Source: an uncultured archaeon
GTDB lineage: Archaea; Aenigmatarchaeota; Aenigmatarchaeia; QMZP01
Reading direction: 5' to 3'
Assembly: GCA_964389315.1 (NCBI GenBank)
Contig: CAYMDJ010000002.1
Span: 1 to 59,633, forward strand
DNA: 59,633 nucleotides
The position numbers and the translations under genes are program-made. Below, piece by piece: positions 46,308 to 57,000 of the stretch (position 1 is its first letter; the number at the start of each line of letters is the position of its first letter). The notes below the pieces were generated by a model. That model ran no database searches and was not told the DNA's origin. It saw only the letters and a program-made list of their open reading frames with translations.

Positions 46308-48086
46308 CTATCCACCCAAAAGTTTTTTCGTCTTCTCATACGCCCCCTTGCTTATCAGGCCGCTACTGAAGGATTCCTCAAGCCCCCTGAGCATCATCTC
46401 CTTCTTCGAGAGCCCTGGCTTCTCCGTTTCCTCCTTCTCCGGTCGTTTTGATTCCTTTTTGCCCGGTTTTCTTGCAATTTCCCTTTCCAGCTCTTTTGTC
46501 CCTTCGCTTGTCTCCGCAGGCTCCTCCCTGCCCTTTTCTGCAGCGGGTTTCTCCGCAGGCTCCCTTTCCTGCTCGCCTGTTTCCGCAGGCTCTGTTGAGG
46601 GAGCGGGTGCGGAAATCCTTCCTTCAGGGACGGATGCGCCACTCCTCTCCTCTGATATATTCTTCTCAATCTCCCTCAGCCTGTCCAGGTTCAGCTTCTT
46701 TGCCTTCTCATATTCATCCTTCTTCAGCGTCCCTGCCTTGAGCTGCTCCTCCATCATCTCGAGGACGGTATTTATCTCATCCTTCTGCTCCTGGTACTTG
46801 ACGAGCCTGGGCGATTCCTGCATGCCTGTGTCTGCCATGGCAGACATCCTTGTCTCAAGGTTGTCCCTGAGCTCCTCGAGCTCCTCCTTTGTCACGAGGC
46901 CCGACATCTTGGTGTTGACTTCGTCCATGCCCTTCATCATCTCCTGTATGAGCTCGCTGGCGGTGTCCTGCTTTGCCTTGTATAGCATGAAGCTCTCAAG
47001 CCTCTTGTTCAGTTCCATGAATATTCCGTCAATCTTGTCCCCCACCCTCTTTATCCTCTTCTCTGTCTCGTCGACCATTATCATCCTGCTGGCTATGTTC
47101 TTGCTGAACTCTACCACCTTCTCGAGGCTTCCCATCTCGCTGAGAACGTCCTCTATCAGGCCCACCTTCTTTATGATGACCGAGGAGATTTCATCGAGCT
47201 TCTCTATCTTGGCCTCGTTCTGCTTTATGCCGGAGTCCAGCTTCGTGAGTAGCTTGGTGAACCTCTCCGGCTTGAGCATGGCCATGGTTTCTGTTATATC
47301 GTCTGTCTTGATTGAAACGTCGCTTAGCCTGCCATCTATGCTCGCGGTGCTGGATCTAAGCTCGCCCAGCTCCTCCATTATCCGTCTCACTGTGTCTGCG
47401 TTGCCGTCCTTCTCATCCTTCACGGCGTCTATGAATGCCTTGAGCTTCTCGAGCTGGACCTGCATCTTCTCGACCCTGGGCAGGACCTCTATTCCAGAGG
47501 GCCTTATCTCGTTCACGAGCTTCGTTATGATGTTCTTTATGTCAGAGGTGTCAACCGTTCCTACTGCTGCCATGTCCTTTGAAATCTTCTTTGCCGGCTC
47601 GGTTGGTGCAGCAGGTTCAGCGGAGGAAATTTCGTCCCCGCCAAGACCCTCGCCCGGACCGGGTTGTGACATGGGGATTATGGGCTCATCATACTTCTCC
47701 TCTTTCGGTTCCTTCGTAGGCTCGCCTGTCTCCGCAGGTTCGGCCTTCCTGGTCTTCTTCGCCCTCTTTGCCTTTCCTTTGCCTTTCTTCGGTTTCTCCG
47801 CTGGTTCCTTTGCATGTTCGCCTGTCTCCTTTGCCTGTTCGCCTGTCTCCTTTGCCTGTTCGCCTGTCTCCGCGGGTTCTGGGGCAGACTTTCCAATCTC
47901 CTCCTCAAGTTTCGCTATATCTGACCTGATTTCTTCGAGCTTCTTCTGGTTCTTTCCCTTCACCTCGCTGTAATGCTCCTCGCTTATGCTTGCCTCGTTG
48001 TATGCCTCTTCCAGGGAGGACAGGAGCATCTCTATATCCTCCCTGTGCTTCTGCAGTTCAACGAGTTTTTCCTTCTTTCCGGGCAT
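46308..48086 (-). CDS. cytoplasmic coiled-coil protein (592 aa) with acidic PAETGE repeats and SHOCT-like motifs
   Basis: No signal peptide or TM. Long heptad-like stretches are flanked by E/K/P/A-rich low-complexity segments (PAETGEQAKETGEQAKETGEHAKE; PAETGEQEREPAEKPAAEK). The motif G-h-I/L-S-K-x-x-Y-E occurs at the N-terminus, mid-protein and C-terminus. A perfect SD AGGAGGTG lies 5 nt upstream of the ATG. Confidence 0.8.
   Translation of the reverse strand: MPGKKEKLVELQKHREDIEMLLSSLEEAYNEASISEEHYSEVKGKNQKKLEEIRSDIAKLEEEIGKSAPEPAETGEQAKETGEQAKETGEHAKEPAEKPKKGKGKAKRAKKTRKAEPAETGEPTKEPKEEKYDEPIIPMSQPGPGEGLGGDEISSAEPAAPTEPAKKISKDMAAVGTVDTSDIKNIITKLVNEIRPSGIEVLPRVEKMQVQLEKLKAFIDAVKDEKDGNADTVRRIMEELGELRSSTASIDGRLSDVSIKTDDITETMAMLKPERFTKLLTKLDSGIKQNEAKIEKLDEISSVIIKKVGLIEDVLSEMGSLEKVVEFSKNIASRMIMVDETEKRIKRVGDKIDGIFMELNKRLESFMLYKAKQDTASELIQEMMKGMDEVNTKMSGLVTKEELEELRDNLETRMSAMADTGMQESPRLVKYQEQKDEINTVLEMMEEQLKAGTLKKDEYEKAKKLNLDRLREIEKNISEERSGASVPEGRISAPAPSTEPAETGEQEREPAEKPAAEKGREEPAETSEGTKELEREIARKPGKKESKRPEKEETEKPGLSKKEMMLRGLEESFSSGLISKGAYEKTKKLLGG
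47809..47871. repeat. 3 x 21-bp in-frame tandem repeat (encodes ETGEQAK/ETGEHAK heptads)
   Basis: The units are TTTGCATGTTCGCCTGTCTCC, TTTGCCTGTTCGCCTGTCTCC and TTTGCCTGTTCGCCTGTCTCC on the plus strand. They lie within the 592-aa gene. Confidence 0.85.
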
Positions 48087-48091
48087 TCAAA

Positions 48092-48099
48092 CACCTCCT
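48092..48099 (-). promoter_or_regulatory. Shine-Dalgarno site for the 592-aa gene
   Basis: The minus-strand reading is TAA-AGGAGGTG-TTTGA-ATG. It sits in the 13-nt spacer between the giant gene stop (48100-48102) and the ATG at 48084-48086. Confidence 0.65.
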
Positions 48100-51000
48100 T
48101 TATTTGACTGTTCCTCCGATTTTCCGGATTCTGTTCTTGACAGAATCCATATATGTCTTGGCCATCGTGAACATCGTCTGCCTGACCTTGTCCTTGGCCA
48201 GCTTCAACTCAAACTCGATGTCAGTCACGTCAAGTCCCCTTGACTTCAGCCTTGCAATCTCCATCTCTATGTTATTGAGCTCGGTGTCATACTTGACGTA
48301 GGTGTTTATCTCTACCTCTGACAATCTTCCCACGTCATGCAGAAGCGGCCTGAACTCTATGAAATAGGGCTTTCCGTGATTGAACTCTGCGTTCTGGAAC
48401 ATTCCCGTTCCTGTCTTGAGCTTGGTGATGGTTGAAGCATACTCTGAGCCGTATTTCTGCTTGACCCTCCTTATGTCGCCGGTGTATTTCGTCCTCATCT
48501 GTATCTCGTTCGATATGTTGGCCCTGATGGCTCCCTTGAAGTCCATGAGGACCTGCGATATCAGCCAGATACCAATCCCCCACTTTCTGAATTCTCTGCA
48601 TCCTCTCTCCAGTGCGACGTAGCCGCCCTTTCCGCCGTACTTCGGGAGCAGCCTGTGGACCTCGTCATAGACTACGAAGAGCTTGAGCTCCCTTGCCTCT
48701 GGCCAGGGTATCTTGAACATGTCGCTTATCGTCCTCCTCACGAAGGTGTCAAGCTGCGCGGGATCCATGCTGTCTATCAGCACGACCGTTATCTCGCCAG
48801 GGGTCATGTAGTTCCTGACGTCTATGCTGGTCTCGGGGTCGGTTATCTTGATTAGCCTTCCGGGGAACCTCCTGGCATCCGTTGGCTTCAGACCGAAGTT
48901 GGGGTAGAGGTCAAGCATCTTCTTGTCCCTGCAGGGCCTCAGGAATCCTGTCCACTGCGCAGTGGGGTCAAAGACTATGATGGGAATCTTCCTCTTCAGC
49001 AATTCCTCCACCGCAATCATCGCAGAGACGGTCTTTCCTGCCCCCGTAGAGCCTGCGGATATTCCGTGGGTCTGGAGCTGCCTTACGTCCATGTATGCAT
49101 TGACGTCTGTCTCGGCAATCCTGCCTATCAGGAATGAATCTTTCCCGGGCTGCGGAAGCTTCTTCATATCCATCGGGAAGATGTATCTTGATTTCTTCTT
49201 GTGCTTCTCCTTCCACCATCTCCAGCCATAGAACCCGCCGTATACGGCGGGAATCATCATGAACATTATAAGATAGGTCACCCATGACATGAAGACGTTC
49301 CTCAGGGCAACCAGGAGGCCTGGAAGCTCGGTGACCTCGAAGGAGTCTGAGGCGAAGGCGTATTTCGTCCCGTACCAGTAAGAGACATTGGCCTCTATGA
49401 CATACCTGTCGTAGGGGATGTCATCCGGGATGGTGATGTTCCTCCTGAATGCATACTTCTGGTCAACCCCCACGGTTTCCTTCATGGTGGTGATGACCTC
49501 GTCTGTGTTGAGGTTCTTTATCTTGTATTCGGCTACTATGTCCTCGACTGTCGCGGTCTCCCCCATGTTGACGAGCGTGACCTCGAACCTGAACTCCTCT
49601 CCCGGAGCGACCGCCTTCGTGAGGGCCTTTATGGCAACGTCAAGTAGGGGTATCGGGACCTGGACCACGTTTATAGTGACCGGCGTCCTGTACGTCTTGT
49701 TGAGCTCCACCAGGTGGGTTATTATGTCGCCCGTGTATATCCCCGGTGCCGTATTGGGCATGCTGTAGAGCTTTATCTTTATCTGCTCTGTCTGGCCGCC
49801 GGCAACCGTTATCAGCGGCCTCTCTATGGTTACCATGTCCCATATGGGCGAGCCTGCCTGCACGCTGGTCTCAACTGTTATGGGGGTATTCCTGTTGTTC
49901 CTGATTTCCATGGAGTGTATCTCATAATCCCCCTGGTCAAGGACGACGTATATCAGCGTTGAATCTATCTCTATCTGTGGCGCCCCTGCCGCCGCTCCTG
50001 CTGCTGCCCCGGCACCTGCCCCGGCACCTCCGGCAGCTCCTCCACCCCCGCCGCCCTCTGCCGGTGGGGGAGGCTCAGGGATGATTATCGGGCAGTCAGA
50101 CGGGCAGTTGGCGTTCGATTCTCCGTAATCGTCCTCGCAGTTGTTGTCGCCGCATATGAACTGCGCGAGCACGAATGCCCCTGTCATCGTGGTCGAGTTT
50201 GCGGTCACGATTCCGGATGATGTGTTGACGTCCGTGTCGAGCCTCGTCCATCCGGTCGCGTTGGTGCACCCTGACAGCAGAATCCATGAAGAGCACCTGT
50301 ATATCCCGAGCGACGTGAGGGAGAAGTCGCTCGTCTTGCAGGTGCCTGCTGTGTAGCATTCCTCAGAGGTGAAGTTCATCGTGCCGTAGGTGTAGTTGAG
50401 CTGGCTAGTGTTTATCCAGACCCCCTTGAGGGATTTGGTCGGAAGGCGGACGTTGGGTATCTCGCCGAACATGTAGGGGTTGTAGACGTCGTCCTGGAGG
50501 TAGACGCTGTAAAGGGTCGCCGTCTCGTCCAGGAAGTCTGTCCTTATGTCATAGGTCCTGAGGTCAATGGTCTCGTTGTAGTATCCACCGAGCGTGGCGT
50601 TGCTGGCAAAGCTGAAAAGCTCGGTATTCGTTCCCGGAACGAAGAGAGTGAAATTGACGCTTATCGGGGGCTTGTGTATCTTCTCCTCGTCCCTGGTGTA
50701 GCCCTGGAATATGACAGCCGGGTAAATCTCAAAGGACGTGTTGGTCGAGTTGCAGTTACCCGAATAGTCGCACGCAGTGGTGCTTGCGTAATGGACCCCC
50801 ACCTGACTCGTGTTGGAGAAGAACTGGCGGAATACATAGACGTCATCCACCATATAGAGCTGTGTCATGTTAAAGCTTTGTGTTGAGTTGTCAGGGTATG
50901 TTATGGTCAGGGTCGCGTTCTTCACCCCGCCCGTATCGGTCGCGTTCGTTATTATCTCGACTGTGGAGTTTGACGGGACCTTCGCTGGGACGAACAGGCT

Positions 51001-54000
51001 GATAAGGGGCGGGAACGGGTCCTGGTATATTATGGCCTTTATTTCGTAGTCCGAGAGCACGAGGCTGTAGTTAGTGTATATCACCGTGAGGTTTATGTCA
51101 TATCCCCTTGCGAGGGATATGTTGGGGGCCGTTATGTTCATCCCCCAGAGGTTGGTGGTGTTGGAGAACGTCAGGTTATTGAATGTCATCTGCTGGGACC
51201 ACGTCGCATTACTCATAACAAGGGTGAAGTTGAGGTAGTTGCTGTCGTTCAGCGGAAGGCCTGCATAGGTCACGTTGGCATAAACCCAGACGCTCTGGCC
51301 GGGGGTTATGTTTATGGTCGGGCTTGTCTCAGTGGGACTGGTTATGTTGAGGGAATAGGGGTGAACGCGGAGGTAGACCGTCGTGTATCTGGTCGGCGGG
51401 TCTGCGCTCACGTTCTGGGTGGTTATCAGGCCGGAGTAGTTGGTGAGCTGGGTGACGAAGGGTGCGGTGTAGTTTATCCTCAGGGTCTCGTAGTTCCCTA
51501 TCGGCATGTAGAGCTTTGTTGCGTTGATTCCTATGAACGGATAGATGTCGCCTGACCTGACGACGTCCAGGATTATGTATGCGTTTCCTATGTTGTGTAT
51601 CTCTATGTATCCGAAGGTTCCCTCTGTCTCGTGGCTTACCGTGACGTCAATCAGTGACGGGACCTGCGACCATGAGAGGTTCAGCGGGACCATTATTATC
51701 AGGACGACCGTATCCGTTGATTCTCCTGATGCATTGGCCTCGAGGGTCCCCAGATACTGGCCTGTCTCATACATTAGCGGGACCTCAACCTGAACTTCTA
51801 CGTCTTCGGAGTTGCCTGGCTCCATGAGAGAGATGTTCACGGGATAGAACGTCTGGCTGAATTCCGAGCAGACCGTGCCTGAAAGGCAGTGGAAGGTTAT
51901 GTTGGTCGCGTTGGCGTTTCCTATCGACTGGATTGTCATGGTGTTGTTGTATGAGTTCCCGCCCATTATCACGTAGGAGAGGTTGTCCTGGACTATATCT
52001 ATCACGGGATTCGGGAGGACGTTCACTATTATGGAGGTTAGGTTGCTTCCCTCTGATGAGTCAAGGTTGGTCCAGTTGGAGCTTATGTTGACGTAATACT
52101 CGCCCGGGGCGGTCCCGTTGACTATGAATATGGAAGCCTCTCCTGTGCCGGAGTTGTATTTCATTATCGTCCCCACGGAGAATGCTGAGGGTATGGAAGT
52201 CCAGCCAGACGGGACGCTTATGTTAGCGTTCACGCTGTATGCACGCGCGTATTCTGGCGATAGGGTGAAGTTGACGTCAAAGGAGCTTCCTGTGTAGAGC
52301 ATCACGTCCGAGATGTTTATGTCTGTCACGTTGGGCTCTATTAGCATGGGCGTGTTCGCGGCGCCGAGGACAGGGACCTTTGCAGTGCATCCCCAGAGCC
52401 CTGCAGTGTCGTTCGCGCAGACACTTATGTTGTGATAGCCTCCTGAGGTTCCGTTATATGTTACGTTGTATACCGGCTTCAGGGAGGCGTTCATGTTCTG
52501 CTTCAGGATGGTCCCGTTCGGCAGGGTCACGTTTATCCAGGCCGTGCTCACATCGAAGTTGTCCGTTATGTGCGCGGATACGTTCACGACCTCGAATCCC
52601 ACCTCGAATATCATTGGGGTTATGTTGACCTGGGTTATGTTGGGAGGAATGTCGGTGACGTTAAGGTAGAAGTCCGTGCCGTATTCGTTGGGTGTTGCTG
52701 TCGTGTTCCTTATAAGGAGGTTCACGTAATACAGGCCCTGCTGCTGGCCGGTGAGGATCTGGTAGTATACGGAAACGTTCCTTCTCGTCTGCTTGTCAAG
52801 GTCAAAGTAGCTCGGTTCCGTGTAGACCAGGTCTGTCCCGTTGCCGAGCTTGTATACCCTGAAGGCGGTCTTCCTGTTGCCCGTGTTGAACACGCTTATG
52901 TTGCCTATGAAGCCCGAGGTGTTGAGGAGGGCGAGGACCTGGGTGAAGCTGGTTGGCGTCCTCCACCATGAGGTGTTGAGCGGGACCGTCAGGTTCAGCA
53001 TCGAATCGTCTATTCCGGCGTTGCTCGTGGTTGCCCTCAGGTATGTCCAGTAGTCATCGGGGTCCTGGCCCGCGGGTATGATTGCGGTTAGCTGGACAGT
53101 GAAGTTGTATCCTGCTGCAAGGAAGCCCTGGGTCGAGGGTATTATCGTTATCTCACACTCCGGGCATTCTGTCGCAAAGTTGCCTGCCGCGTCAACGAGC
53201 GCAAGCTCTATGTCCTCCACGGCATCGTTGCCCGAGGATATGACCGTCACCGTTCCTATATAGGTTGTCCTGTCATGTGGAGTGGTGTTGTGCAGGTAGC
53301 TGGGATTTATCTCCACCACGGGGTTGGATGAGACATCCAACATCGTGTAGTTGCTGCTCATGTTGGTCGTAAGTTCGGGATTGGTCCATGTGGCGTTGAC
53401 CCACAGCTTTATCAGCATCGGGGGCGTTCCCTCAGGGACCCTCACGTGGAGGTCCCACGTGCAGTTATCCCAGGGGGCCATGTCACCGCACGACTGGAAG
53501 GTATCGTTAATCTCTATGGTGTCGTTGGGCTCATCGTAAGCTATCAGCTCGACATCGTACATGTTAGCAGGGCCCTCGCTGGTGAAGTTGACGACGAGGT
53601 CCACGTCGAAGTCGTTGGTCTGGGTTATCCCATTGACAAGAATCTCGTAGGTAGTATAGACCCTGCCCCATGACTTGCCCCAGACAGAGAGGTTGCCTGC
53701 ATAGCTGTAGTTCTTGTTGTATTCCCAGCCGAGGTCGCGCGCCCAGACCGTCACGGCGTGCTCACCATCTATCAGAGGGATATAGGTGAGCCTGTAAAGG
53801 TCGCCTGTGGGGGTCATGTTGGTCATGGTGTGGTTGTGGATGCTGCCGTTCGGGAGCTCTATCTGCGCCCAGACCAGGTCGACCCCAATGTCATCTGTCA
53901 CGTTCGCCGTTATGTTGGTGTAGTTCAGGTTGGCTTCGAGGCTCGAGTTAGGAATCGCTGATACGTTGGTTATGACAGGAGGTGTCACGTCGCGGACATA

Positions 54001-57000
54001 GAGGCTGCCCTCTGCTTCAGGCGTGTTAACGATTATCTCCATCTCAGGCGCGTCCGTTATGTTGCACTTGAAGGTTATGTTGCCCTTCTGCGTCGGCTCG
54101 AAGGTGTAGTTGGTATAGCCGGTGCTGTTGGTGGTGAAGTTGTCTATGAACTGGTAAGGCTGGCTATACCAGTGATACCAGAGGTCAACGCCATAGTTCG
54201 GAATGCCGTTCAGGGATTCTGAGTCGATGACCCTGCACATGGTGGTGAAATTGATAGGGTATGGCAGCTGAGTCCCGTTCACCGGATACTTCCACTGGAC
54301 TATGGAGAGGCCTGAAACTATTATCGTGACAAAATCCTCGCCGGACGCGTAATAGGTCTTGCTGGCATTGACCTTTATCGTCCTGTTGCCGGTTGCCTGG
54401 TAACTCAGGTTGAGAGGGATTGACATCCCGTTGCCCAGGAAGCCTGACTCGTTCCACCAGTTCGGTGTCGTGCTCACCTGGCTGCCAGCCTCATCCGTCA
54501 CGTTGACCGTGAGCGTTATCGTCTCGTTCTTTGCATGGGCAGTGTTGTTCTCAGGGGACGTTATGTTCAGGACGAGAACCCCCCTCGCCTCCAGGTATGT
54601 TTCATAGGTATCGGAGTCCTCGAGCCCTGCCTTTGTGGCATTCATGTATACGGTGTAGTTGCCTGGTGAGATTGTGTCAGTGACGTTGTAGGTGATGTTG
54701 CAGTCTCCGATGGAGTTGGTTATGCAGAAGTCAATGAATCCGCTGGAGTTCCAGAATGTCACGTTCGCTCCCGCTGCATTGCCAACGTTTGCATCCTTCA
54801 CGTGCACGCCTATCTCTGTCTCGTGCGGGTCGTAGCTGTCGTTCCTGTATATCCAGCCCTCTGAAAGGTCAATGTCATCTATCTTGAGCTGCCTCCTGAC
54901 CCTTATTATCGAGGTCCTGTAGCTCATGTTCGCAGTGGTGTTGTAATACAGGGAAACGTCGTTGCCTATCGTGCAGGTTATGTTGTAATAGTCCGGGTCC
55001 TCCAGGCCGGTGTTCCAGTCCCAGGTCGCCTCACCGGCGGAGCTCGTATCGTCGCTGTCCTGGTATGTCCCGTTCTTGTAGAACGAGACGTTGTATCCTG
55101 TTATTGGCTGGTCGGTGTTGTTGTCGCGCACGTAACACCTGACAGTGACCCACGTCCCGGCATCAATCTCTGTCCCGTTGGCCGGGAGTATGTTGTAAAC
55201 CCAGCTCCACCCGTAGATAAGGATGCTCGTCTGGTTGTTTCCGAGGTCGTAATACTGCCTCGTTGCATTGGTGTTTATCGTCGCCGGGCCGAGGCCGTAG
55301 CTGGGCGGGACCAGCCAGGTGGAGTTATACCAGCCCTGGCTTCCGTCCGTCGTATCATTGAGCAGGACCCAGGTCCCGTTGAACCAGTATGCATGGGCAT
55401 CGTCTATCCGGTCACCGCAGTCGTCCCCTACGGTGAGGTTGAGGGTCTCTGTAACGTTCCTGTTGAGGACCTGCCCTGTGGAGGGGGCGGTGGTGTTGAT
55501 ATAGAGCTGGCCGTAGACCGTGAGCTGGCGCGCGCTCGTGTTGAGCGGCTGGTAGCAGGAGTCCCAGGTCCCTCCTATCCAGTTCTGGACTCCCACGTAG
55601 GAGTCGCAGTCAGGCGGGTAGTTGACCGAGCACCTGCCGCTGTTCGCAGAGGTGCAGTCCATCTCCACCGTGTAGTTGGTCTGATTCTCTGTTATCCATA
55701 CCTTTCCGTCCGTCCCGTTGGGATACTCGAGTCTTTCGGCATCCAGGTCCCTTATTATGAATTCAAGGAAGGCTGTCCCTCCCTCTCTCCTCACGGTCGC
55801 GTTGGAAGCGCCAAGCTGGAAGGTCACGTTGTCTGCCTCTATGGTGAAGTTCAGCGGGGAGGTCTCATCAGAGAAGTTGAACTGGTCTATTATATGGTAT
55901 TTATATTGATTGACCCCCATGTCAGAGCACGAGAACCACTGGTAGAAGTATATGTTCCTGTTGCTTCCCACGAGGTTGTTCCTGTAAGTCTGGTTTATCA
56001 GGGTCCAGTTAGTCCAGTTTCCTTCTGACTGGTTCCACATCCTCTTCCACAGGGTTATGTTGTTGTAGTTTCCGTCGCTGTCCGTTGCAAGGACATAGAA
56101 TTCAAAGGTTTCTCCCCACCCTCCCAAGGACGGGTAAACGCTCGGGCTCGTGACGGTTGGCGGATATCCCAGGAAGAACTTGTCGGTGTAGAAGGTGAAG
56201 TTATCCCCGTAGAAGGTCTTTGTGGTTTTCATCCCGAGGCTATACCACCCGGTTGAACGCTCCGTGTCCAGCCACGTGTAGTTGTACCATCCGCCGCCCT
56301 CGGACCACTGGCCGCTCGTGTTGTGCGCAGGCAGGTAGTTCGTCCTGTTGTATTGGTTCGGGAACTTGTATATGTTGTAGAGGATGTTGACCCCCTCCAC
56401 AAGCGAGCAGTCGTCCTCGACTGTTCCTGCGAAAGGAACGGGCTGTCCCCATTCGTAACCGTCGCCATCAGGATACCATATAACGGGCTTCAGGTTGCTC
56501 TGGACCTCGAGGTCGAACGCGCTCGAGTTCTTCGAGCTGAAGCATGTGTCGTTGTCTATCCCTCCTACACCACCCTTCCATTTCTGGATGCCCACGGAAT
56601 AGTTGCAGTCAGGTTCCGGGGCCTCTGTCGGGAAGATGTATTTTATGTGCGAGCTTGCGTTTGACACGACGGGGTTTCCTATGTCCCACGAGGAGGAGTT
56701 GGATGCGTTCTTTGTCACCCAGAAGGTGGCGTTTATGTTCTCCCCTGCTATCGTGTTCCTGTCAGTGTCCCATATGAGGAGGGCAAGCTCTGTCGCGTTT
56801 GTTCCGTTCCTCCATACGGTGTTTCCATTACCGTAATAGTATTGGACCTCGACATCGTCCTTCTCTATGGTGAAGTTGGCAGGTGAAGTTTCGTTCCAGA
56901 GCGCAGGAATCCTGGTGTCCTCTGCCCGCAAATAATATTCCCAGGTCCCTATGTTGTAGCAGTCCTCATCCCGCCAGGAAAGTATAACATTCTGGGACTG

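Noticed and set aside
46243-47973. A 576-aa plus-strand ORF antisense to the 592-aa coiled-coil gene
   Set aside because: The translation is S/F/L/P-rich low complexity. The minus-strand frame has a perfect SD and is coupled to its neighbours.
48103-49200. The C-terminal ATPase as a type IV pilus/archaellum (PilB/ArlI-type), ABC or AAA+ ATPase
   Set aside because: The motif order is H-x-I-x-G-S-T-G-A-G-K-T, then hhhhFDP, then hhhhYDEVHRL, then RKWGhG..h.SQ. This fits HerA/DUF87-like FtsK-HerA superfamily members. It lacks the Asp/His boxes of secretion ATPases, the ABC signature LSGGQ and the AAA+ second region of homology. Assignment within the FtsK-HerA superfamily (HerA vs VirB4/TraG-like) remains open.
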